Source of the DNA: Octopus sinensis
Taxonomy: Eukaryota
DNA length: 64,000 nucleotides
Direction of reading: 5' to 3'
Assembly (NCBI RefSeq): GCF_006345805.1
Contig: NC_043015.1
Coordinates: 32,302,001 to 32,366,000, forward strand
In this document: piece by piece, positions 51,856 to 64,000 of the stretch
Layout of the letters: each line of letters starts with the position of its first letter
How positions within the stretch are numbered: position 1 is the stretch's first letter
The notes under the pieces: generated by a model
The model's database searches: none
Seen by the model: only the letters and a program-made list of their open reading frames with translations
What the model was told of the DNA's origin: nothing
Position numbers and translations under genes: made by a program

Positions 51856-52505
51856 ATATATATGTTATTTGTATATATACTGGAAATAAGCTTAGGATTT
51901 ACAGCTTTCCTCCTAACTTTTTAAGCTGAGATTAATCTCTGTAGTTGCCTCATATAACTGTCTTCCTCCTTTGGAGATGAAATATCTCATGGAAAGTAAA
52001 CTTCAAAGCAAAACCAACCCCATCCAAACTGGAGTGCTCTACACATTTAAACTCCGTACGATAAGAAACAGTTAAGTGTGTGAAAAACTTCTTTACTTGA
52101 ACATGGAATAAATATAATAAATAAAATACCATATAAAGTGAAATGCGAGTCGTTTTCCTTTAACTCTCGAAGACTGAAAATATATTTTTAGGAAACATTT
52201 AGAATTTCTTTTCACTCTACATATTGAACACTTATGTGCGTAATCCTGTCCCAGAGCAGTATTGACTCTTGCGCACAATTCTTCTTCCATAGAACGCCAA
52301 CTTTCTTCAAATCACTCCCTGTAGTCTTCTCCGCCAATTTCCCAAGAAGAGAATCAACTGTATCGATCGTACTTCTCTCCGGACCAAAACTTTAATCTCG
52401 CTTCGCCCAACACAAGTATTTCAATTTAAAATTTATTTCTACACACATTTTGAAGAACGGAACAGTTACTTATATCAATTCTTAGGAAGAAACGATCAAT
52501 TCTTA

Positions 52506-52634
52506 GGACGGCGAACTGGCGGAAGGGTTAGCATTCCGGGCGAAATACTCTGCGTTTCATCCGTGTTCAAATTCCGTTGAGGTCGTCTTTTCCAACGGCG
52601 GTGCATCAGCATGGCCGCAGCTCTGAGCTGAAAC

Positions 52635-52640
<6 letters not shown>
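52506..52640 (+). mobile_element. Short chimera: group A SINE head plus the same 3' tail found on the 5S copy, ending in (GA)n
   Basis: GGACGGCGAACTGGCGGAA...GTTCAAATTCC, then GGCGGTGCATCAGCATGGCCGCAGCTCTGAGCTGAAACTAGA. Confidence 0.7.
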
Positions 52641-52700
<60 letters not shown>

Positions 52701-52839
52701 CAAATGGTGTTTTCTGTTATTGTCCTCGGATGGATAAAAGTAAAATTTGACTGATTTTCGTGGAATCCATATTGAGAACATAAACGGTCAGAACTGAATA
52801 CCGCAAGGCATCTAGGCTAATACCTTAACAAGTACCGAG

Positions 52840-53035
52840 TGAAGGAGCGTGGCTTAGTGGTTAGAGCATACGGCTCACGATCGTAAGACAGTGAGTTTGA
52901 TTCCAGGCAGAGCGCTGTGCCTTGAGCAAGATTCTTTATTTCACGTTGATCAAGTCCACTCATCTGGTAAAAATAAGTAGTACCTGTATTTCAAAGAGCC
53001 AACCTCGTTATATTCTGTGTCTTAATTAGAGCCTT
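52840..53035 (+). mobile_element. Group C-type SINE, 5' part
   Basis: GAAGGAGCGTGGCTTAGTGGTTAG...CCTTGAGCAAG...GTCCACTCATCTGG. Confidence 0.75.
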
Positions 53036-53046
53036 AACACTGTACT

Positions 53047-53083
<37 letters not shown>

Positions 53084-53120
53084 CAACAACAACAAGAACA
53101 ATAACAATATTAATAATAAC

Positions 53121-53170
<50 letters not shown>

Positions 53171-53349
53171 TAAGTTTGTGGGGGAGAGGGAAAGTCGATT
53201 ATATCGACTCCAGTGCGTAACTGGTACTTATTTTATCGACTCCTAAAGGGTGAAAAGCAAAGTCGACCTCGGCAGAATTTGCATAACAGTAATGATAATA
53301 ATGATGATGATATTGGTAATAATAATAGTGATGATGATGATGATAACAA

Positions 53350-53436
<87 letters not shown>

Positions 53437-53458
53437 TAATAATAATAATAATAATAAT

Positions 53459-53868
53459 TTGTTTGACCGTAACCAGTTGAGCATGTCCCTTAGTGGCTAA
53501 CGATATGTGCATCTCTGATCACGAGCAGAAGTAGTGGGGGAGCATCATAGCCATGTGTTGAGAGGGATTCTTTGGGGTTTGAATAGTTCAGCTCTGGAAA
53601 CATGGGTGGTTCTTTCAACATCCTTAAACAACCCTTATTCAGGGACCATTTGAGCGGGATGGGCTACTCGACCAGAAGAAAATTCTAACTGGGCCCCACC
53701 TGCAAGGTCATGTGCTGTTTATCTTGATATGAGATCATGTCGCGCACATATGGTTGTGATGCATGTGCCTGGTGTACCTTTATCAGACGGGTAGTCATGA
53801 TGGGTATATTGGGCTTCGTATATTTTACCCCAGTGTCACTTTGATGGCATGAACTGCTCTCTCACTCA
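53459..53868 (+). mobile_element. ~410-bp non-coding element inserted in an (AAT)n tract (possibly the 3' part of an R4/Dong-type element)
   Basis: GC-richer block with (AAT)n immediately on both sides, ending ...CTCTCTCACTCAATAATAAT. Family assignment is inferred from the known TAA-repeat targeting of Dong. Confidence 0.55.
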
Positions 53869-53889
53869 ATAATAATAATAATAATAATA

Positions 53890-53926
<37 letters not shown>

Positions 53927-54844
53927 TAATAATAATAATAATAATAATAATATCGACGAACGAGACCCAAGGAAAATTTACGTTTTATACATTTTTCTGT
54001 TTGGTTACTCTCTGCTGTATAAATTTATAGAGTTTTATAACATTGTTTCAATATGCTTACAATGTTGATTGCGTCGTCAGCGTTCTCCCTTCGTTAAGGT
54101 TGATGAAAGCGTAACACTCGAACACATGTGATAAAGCAGAATAACGTTATATAGATAATGCAATTCCATTCCTAAAAGGAGTCTCTATAAAATAGCTAAA
54201 TAAAAGTAACAATAATTTTCAAACGAAAAAATAAAAAAAAGAAAATCATAACATATTTTAAATATTAAATCAGTGTAGAATTCTCTCTTGTTTTTTTTTT
54301 ATTTGTATATTTTTCATATTTCAAGAAAAATCAATAAATGTTGTCAGTATTTTCACAAAATGAATACTAAATTTAAACATTGAAAAAAATTTGTTTTTAT
54401 TATCAAAATTATTTATTTATATTTTTTTTATTGTTTTCTCCTTTCCAAAACAAGACTTGATTTCGCTGAAACGGCTGATAAGTTTGTTCATAGAAAACAA
54501 ACATAATTCGTTATTTTCAATAGAAATGTGTTAAATCAGAATAAATTTTACTTTAATGTTGAGGTATAATAAATAAATAAATGTGCTGGCGATAAAACAG
54601 ATTTTGTTTGCAAGACAAGCTATAATGTTGTAAATAAATGACGATAAGTTATTTAAATATGCATCTGAACCAAACCTGTTGGGAACAATTAAAATTACAA
54701 ATGTGCATAGAATAATAGAGTTGCAAATGTGCTACGTTTGCATTCATTATCGCTCCGCGTTCGAATCTTTCCTTTCTCTTGTATGTACACTTCACCTTTC
54801 TGCTTACGACTTGGACCTTTCATAGTCACCAGACATACTCTTTT

Positions 54845-55425
54845 ATTCTTTTACTATGCTGGAGCACCGCCTTTAGTCGAGCAAATCGACCCCAGGACTT
54901 ATTCTTTGTAAGCCTAGTACTTATTCTATCGGTCTCTTTTTACCGAACCGTTAAGTTACGGGGATGTAAACACACCGGCATCGGTTGTCAAGCGATGTTG
55001 GGGGACAAACACAGACACGTGTCCCGATGGCGATTTTTTCCCTCCGTCTTCTCTTCTCTGGATCTTTCCTTTTCCTATGTTTCTAACGAAGAGCTCCCCT
55101 CGAAACGTTAAACCCTCCTTCTTCCCTTCCTTCCTAAGCGTCCAATAATATTATATTTGTTCCACGTCATCGCGTTGTTGTGTTTTCTCTTTGTGTTTTC
55201 ATGTTTGGATTAACCTAATATATATACGAGAAAGAAGCAACAAGAATGGATTACATATATATATATACGACGGGCTTCTTTCGGTTTCGCCTACCAAATC
55301 CACTCACAAGGCTTTGGTCGGCCCGAAGCTATAGTAGAAGACACTTTGCCTAAGGTGCCACGCAGTGGGAAAGAACCCGGAACCATGTGGTTGGTAAGCA
55401 AGCTTCTTACCACACAGCCTCTCCT
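54845..55425 (-). mobile_element. SINE group B split by a short inserted element (~55018-55220)
   Basis: 3' half at ~54845-55015, 5' half at ~55266-55425. Confidence 0.8.
55018..55220 (+). mobile_element. Short element with a decayed hammerhead-like motif
   Basis: GTTT-CTAACGA-A-GAG-CTCCC-CTC-GAAAC-GTT-AAAC at 55079-55113. Confidence 0.5.
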
Positions 55426-55685
55426 GAGTTAGAATAAATGAAACGTCAGATCTGGATCCAGAGTTAGGAATGATTATATAATTAGCCTCGACGTGGATCG
55501 GCTGACGGTAATAGAACATCTGCTGTAGCTTTTAGAAATAAGCTTTTAAAATGCTACTTTCTAGGCATAGACTATTCCATATATCAAATCGACTAAATCC
55601 CTGACTCCAATATTTGTGTTTTATTTTACCAATGTTAGAAACTCAAGGGTTCTAACGCAAATTTGTGTTTCAAAAAGGGAGTGGA

Positions 55686-55965
<280 letters not shown>

Positions 55966-57496
55966 TTCAGAAATTGAAAGAAGAGAAAGTGAAAAGAACA
56001 GAGAAAGAAAGCGAAAGATGTATGTTCGTCTAGATGAAATGTGTGTGCGCGCGTGCGTGCGCGTATGTGTGTGAGAGAGAAAGAGAGTGAAAAAGAGAGA
56101 TAGAGTGAGTGAGTGCAGGTGTGTGTCGTGGTGATTGATATCTTTTAAGGTACACACACATAAAAAATGTGACGTCATCGTATGACATATTTACGATAGC
56201 TGATTTATGGAAAAGATTATAATGCTAAATTTTTGAAATGCAAATATGTGAATGGAATTTAAATTTAATTTGTAGCTAAAATAGTACTGAATTTTTTGAT
56301 ATCCAATACGTCAAAATCTGTAACTCGGTTTTGGAATGCATAAGGAATATATATATATATATATATATATAGGACAGACTTCTTTCAAACTGAAAATATT
56401 ATCTCACATTACAATAGATATTGCTCTGGGCTTGCATTAGTCAAGTTGGAAATTTTTTGGCCCATGATACTGCATGGACCTTGGCTTTTTATTTGACTGT
56501 TACTTTAAGTATTTTATTTCGATTTTATGTATATATGTATGTATGAGCCAATGAAGGAGACCTCTAAATGGTGGCTAGATCTGGTAGAAATAGCAGCCAA
56601 ATCTCCCTCAAAACACCCAACTGTCTTAATCCAACAAGTCTGACTATTATGTAGTTTGAATGAGAAACTGTAATTAAAGATTAAGATCATTAACCCCAAA
56701 ATTTTACGCGTTTTGATAGCAATGAATTTTTTCTCTTTTTTGCGTAGCATTTCATGTCAGCTGTAAAGGTGAAGAGGGTTAACTTGAACGGTGTTAAGTA
56801 ATGGATATGTTTGGTGAATATATGTGGCGGTTACTTTTGACTGTTTCTTCTCAATAAGGATAATTGATTGATAACAAATCTTAACATAAGTGGAATCGGA
56901 CGTCATAAGAGAGACAGCATAGCGACGGTTTTGGCTGACTGTCATCCTGTACTCCCCTTGTTGCTAGCGAAATGGTATGTGCCGGTTGTCTGAGAAACTG
57001 GTTGATTTTAATGGCGGAACCAACAGGACAAAAAATTTACAAAAATAGCGATTCTCACCTTGAAACTAATTTGAAGTTTAAAATTTCAGCGCGATCGGAT
57101 GAACCATACTCGAGTTATAAGCGCACAGACAGACAGACAGAAGGGATTATATATATATATATATATATATATATAAGTGTGTGTGTGTGTGTGCGTGTGT
57201 GTGTGTTTGTGTGTTTGTGCGCACGTGTGTGTGTGTATACATAAGTCAAATGTATGGTTAAAAAAGTACATGCTAAACTTAGTATTGAAACCTTATTTCA
57301 GGGTAAGTCTTACAAGGGAGCAGTGACTCTTGAAGTTGAAACAATTGTGGTGGTAATATAATTTTTTGTTGGTACATTCCGAGTTCTATTTTTATCTTTA
57401 ATATATATATATACACGTATGTACATACATATATACATAAATATATGCATATATATATATACACAGACACATATATATATACATATATATAATATA

Positions 57497-57540
<44 letters not shown>

Positions 57541-57744
57541 TATATATATACATATATACATACACATATATATATACATACATATATATATATATGTACA
57601 TATATATATATTATATATATATATATATACATATATACATATGTATACAAATATATATACATATATACATAGACACACACACATAATATACATATGGTGA
57701 GAGAGAGGAAGAGAGAACTTCCCCACTGACGATCGTTATTATAT

Positions 57745-57782
<38 letters not shown>

Positions 57783-57924
57783 GAGAAATTAGAGAAGGAA
57801 AAGGCACACACTATTTTTAAATATATTTTATGTTTTGATATATTTCATATTGTGTTAGATTTCGCTCATCATGACATTAAAATTATTTTAATTACGTATT
57901 TTCTTAAGAAAAAAAATTATGTGA

Positions 57925-58196
57925 GCTCGAACCCCGGACCGGGCTGCGTGTTGTGTTCTTGAGCAAGGCACTTTATTTCACGTTGCTCCAGTTCACTCAG
58001 CTGTAGAAATGAGTTGTGATGTCACTGGTGCCAAGCTTTGTCTTTCCCTTGGATAACACTGGTGGCGTGGAGAGGGGAGGCTGGTATGCATGGGCGACTG
58101 CTGGCCTTCCATAAATAACCTCGCCCAGACTTGTGCCTGGCAGGGTAACTTTCTAGGTGCAATCCCATGGTCTGTGTCGTGACCGAAGGGGGTCTC
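57925..58196 (+). mobile_element. Group C-type SINE with a third tail type, 5'-truncated
   Basis: CORE-like block followed by GTCACTGGTGCCAAGC...GGTGCAATCCCATGG, shared with 59993-60310. Confidence 0.8.
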
Positions 58197-58205
58197 CGAA
58201 TATAT

Positions 58206-58235
<30 letters not shown>

Positions 58236-58237
<2 letters not shown>

Positions 58238-58963
58238 CTAGCTGAGGTACCCGGTAATAAATGACCATTAATATATCTGTTGATAGCCATGGAACATTTT
58301 TCGTCAAATTATTAATGACTAGGGCCAATTTGACAAAAGAATGAACAGAATCTGGTAGCGAACCCGTATCGTCTTCATTTTTGTGTATGTACGTAAAATG
58401 GCGAAATTTTACGATTTGGAGTAGATTCCGTCAAATTCATGTCACGACGGATAGTGAGCAAAATACCAAAATTTTGATTGAGAAATAAAATGCTCTTACC
58501 TAATGAAAACCTGAAATGCTGGGCAATTAAAACAATGAATTGAAATAATAAGTTTTAGCAAATCAAAACAATTCGCATTGAAATGCAGAATTAGCAAACG
58601 CTAAATAAATTACCGTTAATAAGATGTCTGTTGATCGTCATGAAACATTTTTCGTCAAATTTCGGTATTTTTCAGAAAATTAAAATCTATATTAATGAGT
58701 AGGATCAATTTGACGAAAAAATGAGCAGAATCTTGTAGCGAACCCATGTCGTTGTCATTTTTGTGCATGTGCATAAAGTGGCGAAATTTTACGATTTTTG
58801 AAAAATCGATGCTGATTAAAAATCGATTTTAAAAAAAATCCATGTGCGTAAGCGACCGCAGGGGCAAAAGCACACCCCACGTGTAAAATTTCATCGAGGT
58901 CTGTTGGATAGTCTCGGAAGAGTTAAAGTAACAAATTCACAAACTTGCCATTTATTATATATA
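58236..58963 (+). mobile_element. Possible non-autonomous Helitron/Helentron-like element with internal direct repeat
   Basis: Starts TACTAGCTGAGGTACCCGG in (TA)n and ends ACAAACTTGCCATTTATTATATAT. ~58255-58415 is repeated in diverged form at ~58612-58800. Confidence 0.5.
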
Positions 58964-59992
58964 TTATATTATATATATTGTTATATGTCTATGTATATAT
59001 ATATATCTGTATATAGGTGTGTGTGTGTGTGTGTGTGTTTGTATTCACACATATTTATTTGATATGATATAACGACCGCTGGAGGGAAAATTCGGAAACA
59101 ATACTTTGACTGTACATAGAAACACGCTGTACAACCGCTTCCAGGCCGAAGTGGACAAACCGCACCAGTTCCGCTGCGTTTCATCGGTTTGAAGCCAACG
59201 GTCTCCGAGGCATGACGCCTTCATTAAAACTCTAACTCTCAGTGCAAAGTTGTTTATTTAATTGATTCAGTCAGTTTACTTTCGGTTGAAAAGACTGCCT
59301 TCATAAAGTGGTTTACCTTCTAATGTGATATTTGGTTAATTGCTAGAAACATCTGTTTCGTTTAATTGTTAGACTCAGACAACAACATATTTTAGGCTGC
59401 GTAGTAATTCGAGTTTAGAAATTTCAGATTAGCCATTACGCTTACAAAATGGTCTCACAGAAGAGACATCACTAACTCTCTCCAAAACAGGTCATTTTCG
59501 ATCTCCATGCCTTCATAACTAAATATAAATTCTGAATGAAAAACTCGATCTTGTTTTTATACTACTTCTAATATACAGCCATTGTGTATTCTAAGCTGGT
59601 TTCGTTATGCATAAAACAACTATAAAATCCCATTTGATATATTGAAGTGGTGAGGGTTTCATGCATAACAAACAGATAATTTTCTTTTATCTTTTACGCA
59701 ATTGTCTATAAGTCAAACATTGATGAACTACTGTTGAGTGTTGCTGAACCCACTTAAAAGTGAGTTCATTTTAATGTTTCTAGAATCCCGAGTATCAAAC
59801 GCGCTACTCATGAAATAAATCATAACACAGCTGTAGTATTTTGTTGAGCTGATATTATATTTATGATCTTTGTTTCTGTTTAAGCGAACATGACAAAATG
59901 AAACCCTTTGACCCGATATATTTTATCGATGTACAGTTTAAGAACTGGATTGATGTCAATGAAACGTAATTATGACTAAAAATGGCGTGGGT

Positions 59993-60310
59993 GAAGGCGC
60001 ATGGCTCAGTGGTTAGAGCGTCAGGCTCACGATCATGAGCTAGCGAGTTCGGTTCCCGGATCGGGCTGGGTGTTGTATTCTTGAGCAAGACACTTTATTT
60101 CATGTTGTTCCAGTTCACACATCAGTAGAAATGAGTTGCGACGTCACTGGTGCCAAACTATGTCACCCCTTACCTTTACCTTGGATACCTTGGTGTGAAG
60201 AGAAGAATCTGGTAGGCATGGGCAACTGCTGGTCTTCCATAAACAACCTTGCCTCAGAAGGGAACTTCCTTGGTGCAATTCCACAGTCATTCACGATTGA
60301 AGTGGGTCTA
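59993..60310 (+). mobile_element. Group C-type SINE, full-length, third tail type
   Basis: TGGCTCAGTGGTTAGAGCG (A box), GAGTTCGGTTCCCGG (B box), CORE-like block and tail as at 57925-58196. Confidence 0.85.
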
Positions 60311-60995
60311 AAACCCCCTTTAAAAGCCGTCATCTCTTCTGTGGGGCCAATTCAGGATTCACTAAAATATGATACTAAAAACACTAAAAAAGACACTTAA
60401 AAACAGAAATGGCACTAATTCTAAGAAGATAATGAGTATAAAACAGACACAACCAAATAGTGTGATATGCCCTTTGGAAAATTTGCAAGGACTATGGGAA
60501 AGAAACGTTCAAGAACTGATCTGAACACCTTCCCCAGTCAGTTACTGAAATAAGCAATAGCACCATTCTCTGGATTTTTACAATTCATACGTATAGTTAA
60601 ATCATATCCGTTATCCATCTCAGTTAAATCACCCGGATAAACATTAAAAAAAAAACGAAGAAACAGAGATGAAACTTGTTTCTAAATTGATATGATGTCC
60701 CTGCAGACAACAATGTTGTAAATCAAAAAACTCAATAAATCAGAAATAGAAAGAACCAGGCATGGGGATTGCTAATGTGAAAAATGAAAACCACTAATAT
60801 GCCTCTTATTACACAGTCACGCATGGTTATGTGAAAAAGAAAAGAGAAATTCGTAAACATGATTTCAGGATAACCATGCTTAAAATAAATGCAAAAGAAA
60901 GGCCCTAATGTATACAGAGAACTATTAGCCATCATAGTTCTATAGAAAATTTTATTGAACAGTCATCTATAGATGTCATTAAAAAAAATGTTTCC

Positions 60996-61390
60996 AGGCG
61001 CAGGAGTGGTTGTGTGATAAGTACCTTGCTTACCAACCACATGGTTCCAGGTTCAGTCCCACTGCGTGACACCTTGGGCAAGTCTCTTCTACTATAGCCT
61101 GAGGCCGACCAAAGCCTTGTGAGTGGATTTGGTAGACGGAAACTGAAAGAAGTCCGTCGTATATGTGTGTGTGTGTGTTTGTATGTCTGTGATTGTTCCC
61201 CCAGCATCACTTGACAACCGATGGTGGTGTGTTTACGTCCCCGTCACTTAGCGATTCGACAAAAGAGACCTGATAGAATAAGTATTAGGCTTTGAAAGAA
61301 TAAGTCCTGGGGTCGATTTGCTCGACTAAAGGCGATGCTTCAGCTTGGCCGCAGTCAAATGACTGAAACAAGTAAAAGAGTAAAGAGTAT
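60996..61390 (+). mobile_element. SINE group B, full-length
   Basis: Colinear with 32729-33123. Confidence 0.92.
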
Positions 61391-61724
61391 AGAGAGGCCT
61401 AAGACTTCTCGACATCATATAATCATCCGGTGTTTTAAGAACATCATATCTGTCATCTACCACAAGTATCCGGGTGGCACGCGGTAGAAAATCTGTAAAC
61501 ACAGCCGGTAACGAGAAATCGTTTTTGCAATAAGTAATTAAGACTGTGAGCTGGGAGAGAATCGTTAGAGCCCTCTCCTCAACATTCTCGTCCTTGTGCC
61601 CAAATTAATAAGACTTTATTATTATAAAAATTAAGTTCTCTTTATTAATTGTAATAAAATATAGCAATAATGAATTCTAACTTTACTAAACACCCACAAA
61701 TTTTGGGTAATTGTATTACAATAA

Positions 61725-61779
61725 GTTACATTGACCTCTGTACCTGTGTGTTACATTGACCTCTGTACCTGTGTGTTAC
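61725..61779. repeat. Exact 25-bp tandem duplication
   Basis: GTTACATTGACCTCTGTACCTGTGT twice, plus GTTAC. Confidence 0.95.
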
Positions 61780-62209
61780 TTCAGTTGATCGACGTAGAAG
61801 GCTGAGAAGAAAAGTTGATATTGGCAGCATTTAATTCAGTATTTAATTTGGGGAAGATGCCAGCAATTTCGGGGGTAGGGGGTAAGTCAATTACATTGAA
61901 CCCCCCCATTTCAACTGATACTTATTTTATCGACGCCGAAAAGATGAAACGCTATGTCCATCTAGGCGGAATTTGAATTCGGAGCGTAAAATGATGGACG
62001 AAATGTCGCTAAGCGTTTTGTCCGGCGTGGTAAAGCTTCTGCCAGTTTGCGGTTTTTTGTTAACTCAGGTTTCAAATTTTAGCCCAAGGCCAGCAAAAGT
62101 CGGGGGAAGGGTAAGTCGATTACATCGACCACAGTCAGTTACACCGACCAAAGCTTTGTAAGTGGATTTGGCGGACGGAAACTGAAAGAAGCCCGTTGCA
62201 TACACACAC

Positions 62210-62239
<30 letters not shown>

Positions 62240-62251
<12 letters not shown>

Positions 62252-63265
62252 TACATGTGTTCGTGTGTGTGTGTGAATGGCTGTGTTTGCCCCACCACCA
62301 TCGCTTGTCAACCGGTGTTGGTGTGTTTACGTCTCCGTATCTTAACGGTTCGGCAAAAGATATCTATAGAATAAGTACCAGGTTTAAAAAAACATCTACT
62401 GGTGTAGAGTCATTCGACTAACAATTCTTCAAGGTGCTGCCCCAGCATGGCCACTGTCTAATGGCTGAAACAAGTAAAAAATAAAAGACAAACGTGTACA
62501 TTCTATGTTTACTCTTTTTTACTTGTTTCAGTCATTTGACTGTGGCCATGCTGGAGCACCGCCTTTAGTCGAGCAAATCGACCCCGGGACTTATTCTTTG
62601 TAAGCCCAGTACTTATTCTATCGGTCTCTTTTGCCGAACCGCTAAGTGACGGGGACGTAAACACACCAGCATCGGTGGTCAAGCAATGCTAGGGGGACAA
62701 ACACAGACACACAAACACACACACACATGCATATATATTATATATATATATATATACACATATATACATGTGTTCGTGTGTGTGTGTGAATGGCTGTGTT
62801 GCCCCACCACCATCGCTTGTCAACCGGTGTTGGTGTGTTTACGTCTCCGTATCTTAACGGTTCGGCAAAAGATATCTATAGAATAAGTACCAGGTTTAAA
62901 AAAACATCTACTGGTGTAGAGTCATTCGACTAACAATTCTTCAAGGTGCTGCCCCAGCATGGCCACTGTCTAATGGCTGAAACAAGTAAAAAATAAAAGA
63001 CAAACGTGTACATTCTATGTTTACTCTTTTTTACTTGTTTCAGTCATTTGACTGTGGCCATGCTGGAGCACCGCCTTTAGTCGAGCAAATCGACCCCGGG
63101 ACTTATTCTTTGTAAGCCCAGTACTTATTCTATCGGTCTCTTTTGCCGAACCGCTAAGTGACGGGGACGTAAACACACCAGCATCGGTGGTCAAGCAATG
63201 CTAGGGGGACAAACACAGACACACAAACACACACACACATGCATATATATATATATATATATATA
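62240..63265. repeat. Near-identical tandem duplication (513-bp period) of two tail-to-tail SINE B 3' halves
   Basis: CATGTGTTCG at 62254 and 62767. Copies are essentially identical, with breakpoints in (TA)n. Confidence 0.95.
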
Positions 63266-64000
63266 TATACGACAGGCTTCTTTCAGTTTCCGTCTACCAA
63301 ATCCACTCACAAGGCATTGGTCGGCCCGGGGCTATAGCAGAAGACACTTGCCAAGGTGCCACTCAGTGGGACTGAACCCGGAACCATGTGGTTGGTTAGC
63401 ATGCTACTTACCACACGAATTTTTTTGCAGCCACAGGTCGATGTTGATGTTGAATGAGTAGACCAATAACGAAATAAAAGCATTTCAACTGTGAATATCC
63501 TGTTACTGTACTACATTCTTAGAACTACTTAGATTAACGTGACTTCATCTTTTTTTTAAGACAGTGGAGTTAGGCTTATTTAAGGGAGATTTCGTTTTTT
63601 ATGTCTAGCAGGTTAAGCGATCAGGTCAAGGTATTTTGTTCGGTGAGGCAAATGTTCTTAATGAGTAAAAGCTAATAAGAACTGAAGCGAAGGATCAGCT
63701 GAAAACCTGACAATAGAAGCCTGAAGTTCTCAGTATTTAGTATTGAGACAAAATACTTGTGTTTGGGCAAATGCTTTGTATTATCTGATGTAGCAGATTG
63801 TCATAAGACATGCCGAATAGAAAATATTAAAATATTATCTTGCAGACAGCTGCACAGAGAAGGCACTTGTTTATTTAATGAAATATCTCTTCCCTCACTT
63901 TCTCTTCCTTTATATTACTATGTGTGTATGTATGTATGTATGTATGTATGTATGTATGTATGTATGTATGTGTTTGTGTGTGTATGTATGTATTGTGTAT

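Noticed and set aside
52190-52410. Protein-like open frame on the minus strand (SFGPERSTIDTVDSLLGKLAEK...)
   Set aside because: About 60 codons with no recognised motif or consistent splice pair; within chance expectation for 64 kb.

Overview
AT-rich, microsatellite-saturated eukaryotic DNA, most likely intergenic or long-intron sequence from a coleoid cephalopod (Octopus). The organism is inferred from the SINE repertoire and the (TA)n/(CATA)n/(AAT)n load, not from a search. There is one 100-N scaffold gap. No complete protein-coding gene is supported, and almost all ORFs in the supplied track are translations of simple repeats. Supported content: (1) three groups of tRNA-derived SINEs in many copies, some nested or multimerised; (2) decayed transposase fragments (two mariner, one Tc1) and several MITE-like inverted-repeat elements; (3) decayed LINE fragments (R4/Dong N-terminus and restriction-like endonuclease, RTE tail); (4) a retroposed 5S rRNA copy fused to a LINE/SINE-type 3' tail; (5) one candidate VWA-domain exon on the minus strand. 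The most striking observation is a type I hammerhead ribozyme with a fully canonical catalytic core at about 28.02-28.12 kb, inside a ~335-bp element embedded in (TA)n. Two more degenerate hammerhead-like motifs lie at 6.6 kb and 55.1 kb. Together they suggest Penelope-related or retrozyme-like short elements that land in microsatellites. All alignments and folds were done by eye, SINE boundaries are approximate, and SINE group names A/B/C are my own labels.
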